This document shows positions 24,645-37,051 of a stretch of 64,000 nucleotides of DNA, piece after piece. How positions within the stretch are numbered: the first letter of the stretch is position 1; every line of letters starts with the position of its first letter. The notes below the pieces were generated by a model. It was not told the origin of the DNA and did no database searches. It was given only the letters and a program-made list of their open reading frames with translations. The stretch comes from Lama glama (taxonomy: Eukaryota), in assembly GCA_028534125.1 (NCBI GenBank), contig CM052816.1, positions 26,352,001 to 26,416,000 of the forward strand, in the 5' to 3' direction. Position numbers and translations under genes: made by a program.

Positions 24645-25300
24645 CTTAGAACCAGGGTTAAGAACATGCACTTCGTTTCTAGGCAGAACTCTTACAACTA
24701 TGTGAAGTTAGACAAAACACTTAACTTCATAGCTCTTCATTTCCCTCAAGTATTAGAGCAGTCAGTGGTCATTTTGGTTGGCTCTCCAATATCATTCCAC
24801 TTTCTAGGATTTATCTAAGATGTTTGTTGCCATCCAGATTCCTTGCCAGTAATTGCTTCATGGATGGACAGGCCTGAACTACTTGGGTTCAACAAGGTAC
24901 AAAAGAGTGGCCAGTTCTGTTGAATGTGGACAGGTGATTATGCTCCGTTGTTGGTAGCAGATACCTCTTGACCATGAGGGTAATCAGCCATAGGATGAAG
25001 CCAACATGTTGAAGGGGGATGGAGAGATGGAAAGCTCCTTGATGATGCTCTTAAAGAACTGATAAACCTGAAGTCTGCTCTACCTCTCAACTTCTGGGTA
25101 TTACATAGTCAGTTTGAGGTGCAGGGTTTTTGGGGTTTTTTACTTGCAACTGAAAGCTTAATAATAGAGGAAAAAATAATACCCCTACATCATAGAGTTC
25201 ATACAGGGATTAAAGGAACTAATGCATGTAAAGCACTTAGCTTTACATGGTGTCTGAGTTCATAGCTAGTTCTCAATTAAATGTAGCTGTTACTGTTGTT
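24645..25300 (+). mobile_element. MIR split by an LTR (MIR at about 24645-24755 and 25165-25300)
   Basis: CACTTAACTTCATAGCTCTTCATTTCC and GGATTAAAGGAACTAATGCATGTAAAGCACTTAG are consecutive MIR parts. Confidence 0.65.
24760..25165 (+). mobile_element. MLT1J/K-like MaLR solo LTR
   Basis: GGATGAAGCCAACATG...TCTGCTCTACCTCT...TTTTACTTGCAACTGAAAGC, a typical old MLT1 3' end. Confidence 0.7.
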
Positions 25301-26312
25301 ACCCCACAAAGAGACCTAAGAAGATGCCAACTCCATTTTGCTTTTGGTAGAGGCTGTAAGAAAAGGAATTGTGTTGTAGCCAGCTCTAACCCCTTAGCAT
25401 CTCTCCTTTCAGTTATTAGTGGGACTCTCTGATGTACCATCTGAGCTCACATTTTAATTCTTAACCTTTTCTGTCTGTTCTGGTATCCCTTGGTTTCCAC
25501 CAGGTTTTCCTCTCCCTAGAGTTTTTACTCTGTCACATGCCTTAAGAGGACCACTGATGGAGTCCTCCTTCTATGATGAAGTCAATTAATGCCTTTTCTG
25601 TTTTGCTTCCTGACTTCAAAGAATTACAAGATGATGTTCTCATCCAGGATTTGCAGACAGGACTGTGGCTTATGTGTTCTCTGCTCCCTTGTGCCAGGAA
25701 GGAATGACAGCTTTTGTGTTTAAGACTAGAGAAAGTCATGTTGCTAGGTATTTGCAAAATAACTGCAGTCAGGCTTTGTTTTTGAAGGTACTGGGAAATC
25801 TGAGAAAATTAAGGTGGATTTCTTGTGGGTAAAAATGCTTGACGCTGGCTGGTCAGAAGAAAGAAGTGATCAGACAACAAAGAGAGTGAATTGCATTCCT
25901 TTGGTCTGAGTAGTAGGGACAAGTGACTGGTCCCAGATGTTTTGTGCATTGGCTGCTTGTGACTCAGGGGGTGCTGTGCATTGTGGCATGGATTCATGTC
26001 CTCATTTAAGTCTTTCTGACCAGCAAATCTCATGGCCCTGGAAGCTGGAACCAAGTTCTTGTGGCTGAGCTGCCATGACGCCAGCAGAGTCATTTGCCTT
26101 TAAGAGAATCATGTAAGCCTAAACAATGAGTAGCTCAACAGCAAAAAACAAGAACTGCCATCAGAGGCCTGTCCACCATTTTCCTGAAGCACACAAGCCT
26201 GGAAGTCCTGGTGTTCCACTAGGGGAGACATGGAATCATAAACAATTTTTTATTGAAGTATAGTTGATTTACAATATTGTGTGAGTTTCAGCTATACAGC
26301 ATAGGGATTCAG

Positions 26313-26637
26313 TTCTTTATTTTTTAATTGAAATACAGTCATTTACAACATGTCAATTCCTGGTGTACAGCACAGCGTCCCAGTCATCATATAGATACAT
26401 GTATCATTTTCATATTCTTTTTCATTAAAGGTTATTATAAAATATTGAATATAGTTCCCTGTGCTTTACAGAAGAAATTTGTTTTTTTAATCTATTATTA
26501 TATATAGTGGCTAACATTTGCAAATCTCAAACTTCCAAATTTATGCCTTCCCACCCTCTTTCCCCCGGTAACTGTAAGATTGTCTACTATGTCTGTGAGT
26601 CTGTTTCTGTTATATAGATGAGTTCATTAATGTCCTT
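26313..26637 (-). mobile_element. Nested short L1 3'UTR insertion
   Basis: A second L1 3' terminus interrupts the host 3'UTR; GATTCAG is duplicated at 26306-26312 and 26638-26644. Confidence 0.8.
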
Positions 26638-29439
26638 GATTCAGGACATTTTTTTTCAGATTATATTCCATGATAGTTTATTATAAAATATTGAGTATAA
26701 TTCCATGTGCTACATAGTAAATCCTTATTGCTTGTCTGTTTTATGTATAATAGTTTGTATCTGTTAATTCCATACTCCTACTTTGTCCATTTCTCCCTCT
26801 CCCCTTTGGTAACTATAAGTTTGTTTTCTATGTCTGTGTGCCTATTACTGTTTTGTATATAGATTCATTTGTACTATTTTAAAATTCCACATATAAGTGA
26901 TATCATATAGTTGCCTTTCTCTGTTTCACTTAAAATTTACTAGGCATAATATTTACTAAGCATAATATTCTCTAGGTCCATCCATGTTGCTGCAAATTGC
27001 AATGCTTCATTCTTTTTTATGGTTGAGTAATATTTCATCATATGTATACCACTTCTTATTAAGCCAGTAATCTGTTGATGGATATTTTTAGATTGTTTCT
27101 GTATCTTGGCTATTGTAAATAGTGCTGCTGTAAACATTGGGGTATATGTATCTTTTCCAATTAGAATTTTTGTTTTTTCCAGATGTATACTCAAGAGTCA
27201 GATTGCTGGATTGTATGGTAGCTCTATTTTTAGTATTTTGGGGAAGCTGGATACCCTTTTCCACAGTGACTTACTTTCCCACTAACAGTGTACAAGGGTT
27301 TCCTTTTCTTCACATCCTCTCCAGAATTTATTGTTTGTAATAATAAGTGATAGCCAGTCTGACCAGTGTGAGATAATAGCTTATTATGGTTTTGATCCAC
27401 ATTTCTCTCTCTAATAATTAGCAATACTGAGCAAGTTTTCATGTGCCTTTTGGCCATCTGTCTGTGTTCTTTGGGAAAATGTCTGTTTAGATCTTTTGTC
27501 CATTTTTTGATTGGGTTATTTGTTTTTTCACTATTGAGTTCTGTGCGTTGTTTGTATATTTTGGATATTACTCACTCATTAGTTGCATCTCTTGCAGATA
27601 TTTTCTTCCATTCTGTAGATTGTTTTTCATTTTGTTGATTGTTTCCTTTTCTTTGCAAAACCTTTTAAGTTCTATTAGGTCACACTAACATTGAAAAAAT
27701 ATTTATTTTTGCTTTTATCTCTTTTCCCTTGTAAGATGATAAGAAAATATTGCTACTGTTTATGTCAGAAAATGTTTTGCCTCTGTTCTCTTCTAGGTGT
27801 TTTATGGTGTCACGTCTTATATTTAGTTTTTTTTTTTTTAACCATTTTTAGTTTATTTTGTATATGGTGTGTTGGAGTGTTCAAATTTCATTGATTTACT
27901 TGTAGCTGTCCAGGTTTCCCAGCACTACTTGCTGAAGAGATTGTCTTTTCTCCATTGTATATTCCTCCCTTCTTTGATCTAGATGAGTTGGCTGTAGGTG
28001 TGTGAGTTTCTTTCTGGGCTCTCTGTTCGTTTCCATTGATCCATATGTCTGCTTTTGTGCCAGTACCACACTGTTTTGATTACTGTAACTTTGTAGTATT
28101 TGTCTGAAGTCTGGAAGGGTTATGCCTCTAGCTTTGCCCTCTTTCCTCAGGATTGTTTTGGAAATTCTGGGTTTTTTTTTTTTTGTGATTCTATATGAAT
28201 TTTAGGATTATTTGTTCTAGTTCTGAGAAAAAAATCATGCATATTTTGAGAGGGATAGCGTTAAATCTATAGATTGCTTTCAGTAATATGGCCATTTTAA
28301 CAATATTAATTCTTCCCATCCAAGTGCGTGGGGTATCTTTCCATTTCTCTGAGTTATTTTAGTTTCTTTTATCAGTGTTTTCTAGTTTTTAGCAAATATG
28401 TCTTCCATTTACTTGTTTAAGTTTATTCCTAAGTATTTTATTTTTTTGATATGATTTTAAATGGAATTTTTCTTTTACTTTCTCTCTTGGATATTTCATT
28501 ATTAGTGTAAAGAAATGCAACAGATTTCTGTTTATTAATCCTATAGCCTGCTATTGTGCTGAATTCATTAATTAGTTCTAATGGCTTTTGTGTGGAGACT
28601 TTAGGGTTCTTTATAAAGTATCATGTCATCTGCAGTTAGTGACATTTTTACATGTTCCCTTTCAACTCGAATTCCTTCTATTTGTTTCTCTTGTCTATTG
28701 CTGTGGCTAGGACCTTCAATAATATGTTGAATAGAAGTGATAAGAGTGGGCATCCTTGTCTTGTTCCTGAACTTAGCAAGAAGGCTTGCAGCTTTTCACC
28801 TTTGAGTACTGTGTTGACTGTGGATTTGTTGTAAACAGCCCTTATTATGTTGAGATATGTTCCCTCTATACCCACTTTGATCCTTAAATGGATATTGAAT
28901 TTTGTCAGATGCTCTTTATGTGCCTATTGGGAAGATCATGTAGGTTTTGTCTTTCCTTTCTTTAGTGTGGTGTACCACATTAATTGATTTGTGTATGTTG
29001 AACCATCTTTGTGACCATTGATTGAATCCAAATTGATCATGATGAATGATCCTTTTTCTGTATTATTGGGTTCAGTTTGCTATTATTTTGTTGAGGATTT
29101 TTGCATCTATATTCATCAAAGATATTGGCCTGTAATTTCCCTTTTTTGTAGTGTCTTTGGTTTTCATATCAGGGTTATGGTGGCCTCATAGAATGAATTT
29201 GGGACTATCCCCTCCTCTACAATTTTTTGGAATAGTTTGAGAAGGATTGATAGACTTAGAATTTGGTAAAACTCCATTTTGAGGTCATCTAGTTGTGGAC
29301 TTTTTTTTTTAACATTTTTTATTGATTTATAATCATTTTACAATGTTGTGTCAAATTCCAGTGTTCAGCACAATTTTTCAGTCATTCATGGACATATATA
29401 CACTCATTGTCACATTTTTTTCTCTGTGATTTATCATAA

Positions 29440-29939
29440 NNNNNNNNNNNNNNNNNNNNNNNNNNNNNNNNNNNNNNNNNNNNNNNNNNNNNNNNNNNNN
29501 NNNNNNNNNNNNNNNNNNNNNNNNNNNNNNNNNNNNNNNNNNNNNNNNNNNNNNNNNNNNNNNNNNNNNNNNNNNNNNNNNNNNNNNNNNNNNNNNNNNN
29601 NNNNNNNNNNNNNNNNNNNNNNNNNNNNNNNNNNNNNNNNNNNNNNNNNNNNNNNNNNNNNNNNNNNNNNNNNNNNNNNNNNNNNNNNNNNNNNNNNNNN
29701 NNNNNNNNNNNNNNNNNNNNNNNNNNNNNNNNNNNNNNNNNNNNNNNNNNNNNNNNNNNNNNNNNNNNNNNNNNNNNNNNNNNNNNNNNNNNNNNNNNNN
29801 NNNNNNNNNNNNNNNNNNNNNNNNNNNNNNNNNNNNNNNNNNNNNNNNNNNNNNNNNNNNNNNNNNNNNNNNNNNNNNNNNNNNNNNNNNNNNNNNNNNN
29901 NNNNNNNNNNNNNNNNNNNNNNNNNNNNNNNNNNNNNNN
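29440..29939. other. Assembly gap (500 N)
   Basis: Run of N. Confidence 1.
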
Positions 29940-30169
29940 CTAATCAATAACAGGACATCAAAACCCAAGAGAACTAGAAATGAATTAAGAAGTAAAAATT
30001 AAGAGAGTAATTGAAAATAGAACAGTTAAAAACAGATTTAAGAACAAAACAAAAAACAAAAACAAAAACAAACAAAAAAAAGGGGTTGTCGGTGTTCTCC
30101 TGGAGTCTGTGTGCTTTTAATGTGAAGTCCTTCTGTCTTCGTCCTGTTTTGGAAGCTCAGCTTGTTTTC

Positions 30170-31369
30170 ATAGGCCCTCCGTTGGCGCCCTCTTCTGTGC
30201 TGCTCCCAGCACCTGTAGGCAAGCGGATCGCGCCTCCTCCTAACACGGGGTCAGATGCAGCTCTTCTCTGCTGCGGGCGGGCGGGTCACTGCCCCTCCGG
30301 ATGCCGCAGTCAGATGTTGCAGACTGGCCAGGCAGGAGGACGGGTCGTGCCCCCTCCCAGCACCTCGGTCAGGGGCTGTGCTCCTGCCCGACAGGCGGGG
30401 GGCTGCTCTCCCTCTACCTGCGCAGCCGGTAGCTCCGCTGCTCTGTGCGGCTGCGTGCTCCGCCCTGGTCGGCGCTCCGCCCTGGTCGCGCTCCTCGGGT
30501 GGGCTCGGGGAAGACCGAGGGGCAGCCTCCCTGCTCCGAGCCAAGACCCAGCTCCTTGTTTGTCTCTGTGGAGCAAGTTCTCTGAGGGACCAGGATGGAA
30601 GGATCCCACCTGCCCTGGGCTGTAGGCCCGTCTCAGTCTGGCCCTTGAGGCTGCTGAGCCCTTCGGTGCGGATGCAGGTTTCACCCCCGCCCCCGCCTGG
30701 GTGTTAAGCGCCGGAGAATATGGCGGCTCTGCCTGGGCCCCGCCTCTCTTCCCCTGAAAAGTTTCCGCGGGTTTTCAGAGATGGGGGTATGCACCCTTCC
30801 CCCGAGAGCACATCAACCTTGCTGTTTTATGGAGGGCCCAGGTTGTTCTGTCCTGCACACCCACAGCCACGGCGCCCGGCCCCCCGCAGTCCCCCGGAGC
30901 TGCCTCCGTGCAGCCGCCCCCGTCCTCCGCCCGGCTTGTGCAGCCTGGCCCTGCCCGCCGCTGCCGGCCCACGTCTCAGGCTGGGTGTCGGGGGGACGCT
31001 CTGTGCCCGTTTAACTTAGTTCTGTCAGTCAAGGGCTGCTCTGTACAGCTCCGAGCCTCGGAGGCTCCCCCTCCGTCCCGCTGGCCCCTCAGTTGGAGAG
31101 GGGAGACCCAGCGAGCGAGCGCCAGTCCTCCTTTGCTGCTCCCTCCCCGCGGGACCCGTCCCGCGCGCTACTTTGCCTTTTGTTCTTTCTTTTTTCCTTT
31201 TCTCCTACCAGATTTTCGGCGTCTTTATCTTTTGAAGAGGGCGATGTTCTGTCGGAGTTCCGCAGGTGCTCTGGTTGGCTGAGTGAGTCTGTAGATGTGG
31301 ATCTTGGTGTATTTGTGGGAGAGGGTGACTTACAAGCGTCCTTCTCCTCCGCCATCTTGCCTCTTCTCC
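30170..31369 (-). promoter_or_regulatory. CpG island: L1 5'UTR internal promoter with YY1-type motif
   Basis: Only GC/CpG-dense stretch in the window; CCGCCATCTT at about 31349-31358 is AAGATGGCGG on minus, next to the L1 start. Confidence 0.8.
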
Positions 31370-33434
31370 AGTTGTGGACTTTTGTTTGCAGAGATGTTTT
31401 TGTTTTTGTTTTTTGGGTTTTTTGTTATTAATTACAAATTCCATTTCACTTCTAGTGATTGGTCTGTTCATATTATGTTTCTTTGTGAGTCAGTTTTGGC
31501 AAGCTGTAGGTTTCTAGAAACGTGCCCATTTTTTCTAGGTTGTCTAGCTTGTTGGCACATTGTTCCTATTTATGGTGTTCTTTTATGAACTTTTTTTTTT
31601 GTATTTCTGTGGTATTGGTTGTTATTTCTCCTCTTCTGTTTCTTGTTTTGTTTATTTGGGTCCTCCCTCTTTTCTTTTATATTTAAAAAAAAAACAGCTC
31701 TTGGTTCTACTGATCTTTTCTATTATCTTTTGATCTCTGTTTTATTTATTTCATCTCTGATCTTTATTACTTCCTTCTTTCTTATGACTTTGGGTTTTAT
31801 TTGGTCTTTTTTAAATTTTCTATGGTGGTAGGTTTGGTTTTTTATTTGAGATTTTTCTTATTTCTTGAAGAAGTCCTGAATACAAGAAAATTCCCTCTTT
31901 GAGCTACTTTTGCTGCATCCCATAGATTTTATAAGGTTGTGTTTTCATTTTCATTTGTTTTGAGGCTTTTTCTAATTTCTTCTTTGATACCATTGACCCA
32001 CTAGTTTTTTTTGGAAGCATATTGTTTGGTCTTCATGTGTTTATTCTTTTTTCATTTTTCTTTCGGTAGCTTATTTCTAGTTTCATATCATGTGGTCAGA
32101 AAAGATACTTGAAATAATTTCTATCCTCTTAAATTTGAGGCTTTTTTTGTGTGTGACTGAATATGTGGTCTAGTCTAGAGAATGTTCTACACATGCTTGA
32201 AAAAAAAAGAGGTATTCTGTTTTGTTTTATTTTTTGATGAAGTGTCCTGTAGATATCAAATAAGTCCACCTGGTCTTTTGTGTATTTAGGACCTCTGTTG
32301 CCTTATTGATTTTCTGTCTGGATAATCTGTCCATTGATGTAATTGGGGTGTTAAAGCCTCCTACTATTTTTGTATTATTGCCAGTTTCTCTCTTTATGTC
32401 TGTTAGTATTTGTTTTATGTATTTAGGCACTCCTATATTGAATGTACGTATGTTAACAAGTATAATTTTTTCGCTGATCCCTTTATTGTTAAATAATGCC
32501 CTTCTTTGTCTTTCTTTATGATCTTTGTTTTAAAGTCTATTTTGTCTGACCTGAGTGTTGCCACCCCTGCTGTCTTGTCATTTCTATATTCATGATACAT
32601 CTTTTTTCTGTCCCATAAGTTTCGGTCTGTGTGTATGTCTTTCACCCTGAAGTGAATTTCTTGTAGGCAGCATATTGAAAGTTCTTGTTTTTTTTTTTTA
32701 ATTCATTCAGCCACTCTGTGTCTTTTGATCAGAACATTTAGTCCATTGACATTTAAAGTAATTATTGATAGGTATTACTTCCTGCCATTTTAATTCTTGT
32801 TTTCTAATGCTTTTGTAGTTCTTCTTTGTTCATTGCTTCTTTTTGTTTTTCCCTTTGTGATTTTCTTTTGTATTATGCTTGAGCTCCTTTCTTTTTTGTT
32901 TTTGTGACTCTACTGTATTTTTTTGTTTTGTGGTTACCATAGAGTTCAAGTATGTTGACCCATAACTGTATTTTAATTGTTACATATCTTGTTGTGGGTC
33001 TCTTTGGGTCCATCTTGTTTGGGATCTTCTGTGCTTCCTGTACCTGGATATCTGTTTCCTTCTTTAGGTTTAGAAGGTTTCAGCCATAATTTCTTCAAAT
33101 ACATTTTTGGTCCCCTTCTCTCTCTTCTATTTCTGGAACCCTTATTATGTGTAGATAGGTGTGTTTTATATTATCCCATAGATCTTCTATGTTGCTTTCA
33201 TTTTTTTTTTCATCTATCTTTATGTCTGCTGTTCTGATTGGGCGATTTCCATTATTCTGTCTTCCAAATAACTTATTCGTTCTTCTGGGTCATTTAATCA
33301 TCTATTCATTGCTTCTAGATTGCTTTTTATCTCAGCAATTGAATTGTCTATTTTTGATTGGTTCATCTTTATAATTTCTAGTTCCTTGTTACAGTGATCT
33401 GTGTTTTCTATCAATAATCTTTCTTAATTCAGTA

Positions 33435-34327
33435 TTTTTTAAATACATTTTTATTGAAGTATAGTCAGTTTACAATGTTGTGTCAGTTCCTGGTGTATAG
33501 CACAATACTTCAGTCATACAAGAACATACATCTATTTGTTTGCATATTCTTTTTAACCACAATATCTAGTTACAACTAGATATTGAATATACTTCCCTAT
33601 GCTATACAGTAGGACCTTGTTGTTAATCTATTTTATATATAGTAGTTAGTATCTGCAAATCTCAAACTCCCAATTTATCCCTTCCTACCCCCCTTTTCCT
33701 CTGGTAACCATAAGTTTGTTTTTTTATGTCTGTGAATCTGTTTCTGTTTCATAAATAAGTTTGTCTTTTTTTTAAAAGATTCCCCATATAAGTGATAGCA
33801 TATGGTGTTTTTCTTTCTCTTTCTGGCTTACTTCACTTAGAATGATGTTCTCCATGTCCATCCATGTTGCTGCAAATGGCATTATTTGATTCTTTTTTTT
33901 TATCACCGAGTAGTATTCCATTTTATAAATATACCACAACTTCTTTATGCAGTTATCTGTTGATGAACATTTAGGTTGTTTCCATGTCTTGGCTATTGTA
34001 AATAGTGCTGCTGTGAATACGGGGGTGCATGTATCTTTTTGAATTAATGTTCCCTCTGGATGTATGCCCAGGAGTGGTATTGCTGGCTCATATGGTAGGT
34101 CTATTTTTAGTCTTTTGAGGAATCTCCATACTGTTTTCCGTAATGGCTGCACCAAACTACATTCCCACCAACAGTGTAGGAGGGTTCCCTTTTCTCCACA
34201 GCCTTTCCAGCATTTATGTTTGTGGCCTTTTGAATGATGGCCGTTCTGACTGGTATGAGGTGATACCTTATTGTGGTTTTGATTTGCGTTTCTCTGATGA
34301 TTAGCGATATTGAGCATTTTTTCATGC
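33435..34327 (-). mobile_element. Nested 5'-truncated L1 (ORF2 C-terminus and 3'UTR)
   Basis: ORF 33772-34350 contains [18 protein letters not shown] (Cys-rich domain) and MPFAATWMD; same subfamily as the copies at 1.8 kb and 55.2 kb. Confidence 0.92.
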
Positions 34328-36218
34328 TGCCACTGCCCCATCCAAAGCACACCCTAGATGCCGTTGTCTGTCTCTGTAGCTAGAGTGAGTCTATGTCCAT
34401 ATACTGTGCCAGCCTGTGGTGTGGACTGAGCAGGGTCAGGGTGTTCTTCCCTGCAGATTGGGCAGTGCAGCTAGGCAGCAGCCGTCAGTGCAATGCCTTC
34501 CTCTGATTGCTGGCATGCCAGCATGTGTGTACTTCTCGTGAATAGAGTCCAGGCTTTTCTAGTCCTTCTGTCTGTCTGAGTGGATTTCCCAGTAGGCAGA
34601 GGACCTTGCTCCTCTGCACAGGACCCCAGGGCTAGGATGTCCAGATTGTGGCACAACCTACTCACTTCCCAGAGGATGTACCTCTGCAGACCCCTTCCTT
34701 TCAGATTCTTTGCAGGGGCAGAGGTCCTGACATGGTGCCTTTTTTCCCCATCTACCTGGTTACATGGGGATCCTTCTTGCAGCTTTGGTCATATAGGAGT
34801 TCTTCTGCCAGTTCCTAGTTAGTTTTCTGTAAGAATTGTTTGTTTTAGAAATATGAAGAAATGTGACATTTTATGTACCTAAAATGGCATAAGAAAATTT
34901 CTACCTGTTTAAGGCTTCTAAAGTGGGTGATCTGCCTGATCATCTAAAATTATCTGGTATTTTATTCACTCATGCCCCCAGGCCAGGCCTTTCCATTACT
35001 GGACAAATCTGGATACTATTTTCAGATAGTTTTTTTCTAATTAACTTCATTTAAAAAAATTAATCCATGAATATTAAGATAGTCAAAAGGAAAATACTGA
35101 TTTTTCTTTCCTTTTTCCTGTTTTCTTTTCTCTTTCAATTTATGAACTAAATTTTAGGTCAGATATTAGAGAGGTAAACCAATTCTCTGCACAAGTTAAG
35201 TAGCCAGTTACTATGCCATTAGTAACAACTTCCATCCAGGGCATCTCTCTGCCTGACAAAGTGTTTAAAGAGGAAACACTTAGGGAAATCTTTAAGAACA
35301 AAATGCATTTCAACTGAGTCAACATGGTGTGCAGCGCATCAAAACATGGAGATTAAAGCATACATCAACTTTTCTCTACCACAAAACTGTCCTACTTGTC
35401 ATTTTAAGAAAGTAGCCTATCAAGCATATGCTTTGATCATTTATAATGGATTCTTTCTGACTGGTTGTCATCGTGAAAATTAACATGCCTAGTTGAGAAA
35501 GCATAACAGCAACGTTGGTAAAGAAAGATTAATCATTTGTTCCAAATAATAAAGGCATTGTCACTGGGATAAATCAATCTAATATCATTAGGAACTTGTA
35601 TTTTCTTTAGAAACCACATGCCACATCTCACATGCAAATTAAGATTAATGGTGTTTAGTATCTATGATGTGCCTTCATCCATAGATCTGGACATTGACTA
35701 CAGTACATCAGTGTAGTACATTTTGAAATGATATGGCATGACTAGTGAATGGTCCATTCATGAAGAGCTAAGTTATTCACATATTTAAGTTTTACTGTTG
35801 AAACATGATTACGTCTTTTATCTTCTAATAAGTTAAAGATATGAAGGAAACAAGATCAACAAACATAGCTGGGCATTTGTTAAGTATAGTTCTTCATTGA
35901 CAGTAAACCTTAAACAGGGTTTCAGTTCAAAGAAGAATTGACTTTCTCCAATCTGGTTAAAGCATAGAGGTCTAATAAATTTGTAAAATGACCTTATGAA
36001 GGAAGAAAATAATCAAAAAACAGAACCCAAAATATTTACTTGTTACAATTAAAAAAGTGGAACACTTGTTAACTAGTTAAGATAATCATGTACATCAAGG
36101 ATGCTTGACTTTCTTTATTCCCATTGTTTATTCAAGAAACAGTATAATCGTGTATTATGCTTATTTAGAAAAACTATGGGACACAATTGTCTTGCATATT
36201 ACTTATCACAACTTAAAA

Positions 36219-36315
36219 TTTTTTTAAAAGTTTTTTTGTTTAAGTACAGTCAGTTACAATGTGTCAATTTCTGGTGTACAGCACAGTGTCTCAGTCATGC
36301 ATATACATATATTCA
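36219..36315 (-). mobile_element. Short L1 3' tail
   Basis: AAGTACAGTCAGTTACAATGTGTCAATTTCTGGTGTACAGCACAGTG preceded by a T-tract. Confidence 0.85.
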
Positions 36316-36604
36316 GATAACTTTTTTTATTTCACAATTTTAGTCTAGCCCAAATGATTACTGTCACGGTCCTAACTTAGCACATGTGATTCATGGATGA
36401 TATAAACAAACTGAAATTCTTCATCTACAAATGTGAACATAAAGCATGAAAGTGGTCATTACAGAGAAATGAGAGAAATAAGGGAGCTTTCTGTTTAAAC
36501 AAGGACACAGAGGGCAAGATCAAATCACTGTGGAACATAACCACTTCCACTACTTAATGGTCCAGTCTTTTGAATTTCCTTAAATTTTGAATTTAAGGCA
36601 GCAG

Positions 36605-36690
36605 TAGTTTTAATTGCATCTCCCTAAGGATGCATGACATTGAATATTTTTTTCATGTGTTTTTTTGCCATCTGTGTATCCGTTCATATC
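36605..36690 (-). mobile_element. Old L1 ORF2 fragment
   Basis: GTTTTAATTGCATCTCCCTAA...TTTTTCATGTG...GCCATCTGTGTATC. Confidence 0.6.
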
Positions 36691-37051
36691 TGTTGTTTGT
36701 TTCCCTCTTCATTAGCAAATAAATAGCTCATTCCCTCCCCCAAAATAATCTTGCCATTGACTAGCTAGAATGTTTTATATTTTATGTTTTCACCACATGC
36801 TTGACTCTGTGTCTTCTCCATAATCAGTAATGGTGTTTCTTTGAATTTATTTATATTGAATATTAAACAAAATGCAGCAAATATAACACCTATAAATTGT
36901 TTCCTGAAATTGGGAAGGTCAAAAAAGAATTTTTTTTACATATAGTAGCATTTTCCAAACTGTGTTACTAATTCTACAGATAAGTGTTCTGTGTTAAAAA
37001 AAAAAAAAAAGAGTGCCATGGTCATAAATATTTGAGAAACACTATAAAATG

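Larger units (their letters stand above)
29305..31369 (-). mobile_element. Young, apparently full-length L1 nested in host ORF2 (body lost in assembly gap)
   Basis: Poly(T) and 3'UTR at 29301-29439; 5'UTR at 29940-31369 beginning GGAGAAGAGGCAAGATGGCGG on minus; exact TSD AGTTGTGGACTTTT at 29291-29304 and 31370-31383. Confidence 0.92.
26246..34840 (-). mobile_element. Near full-length older L1 (host of three nested L1 insertions)
   Basis: 3'UTR at 26246, ORF2 C-terminus (26940-27194), RT (28678-28875 [20 protein letters not shown]), EN (32227-32645 IVGGFNTPITSMDRLSRQKINK), ORF1 at about 32960-33430, 5'UTR remnant at 34328-34840; many stops and frameshifts. Confidence 0.92.

Noticed and set aside
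29348..29968. 200-aa and 196-aa ORFs
   Set aside because: Artefacts of translating through the N gap.
30011..31431. Many overlapping 90-200 aa ORFs and a CpG island suggesting a host gene promoter or first exon
   Set aside because: They lie wholly within the TSD-bounded L1 5'UTR; GC-rich DNA is poor in stop codons and no known protein is recognisable.
33772..34350. 192-aa ORF as a gene
   Set aside because: Frameshifted L1 ORF2 C-terminal remnant; its start lies outside the element.
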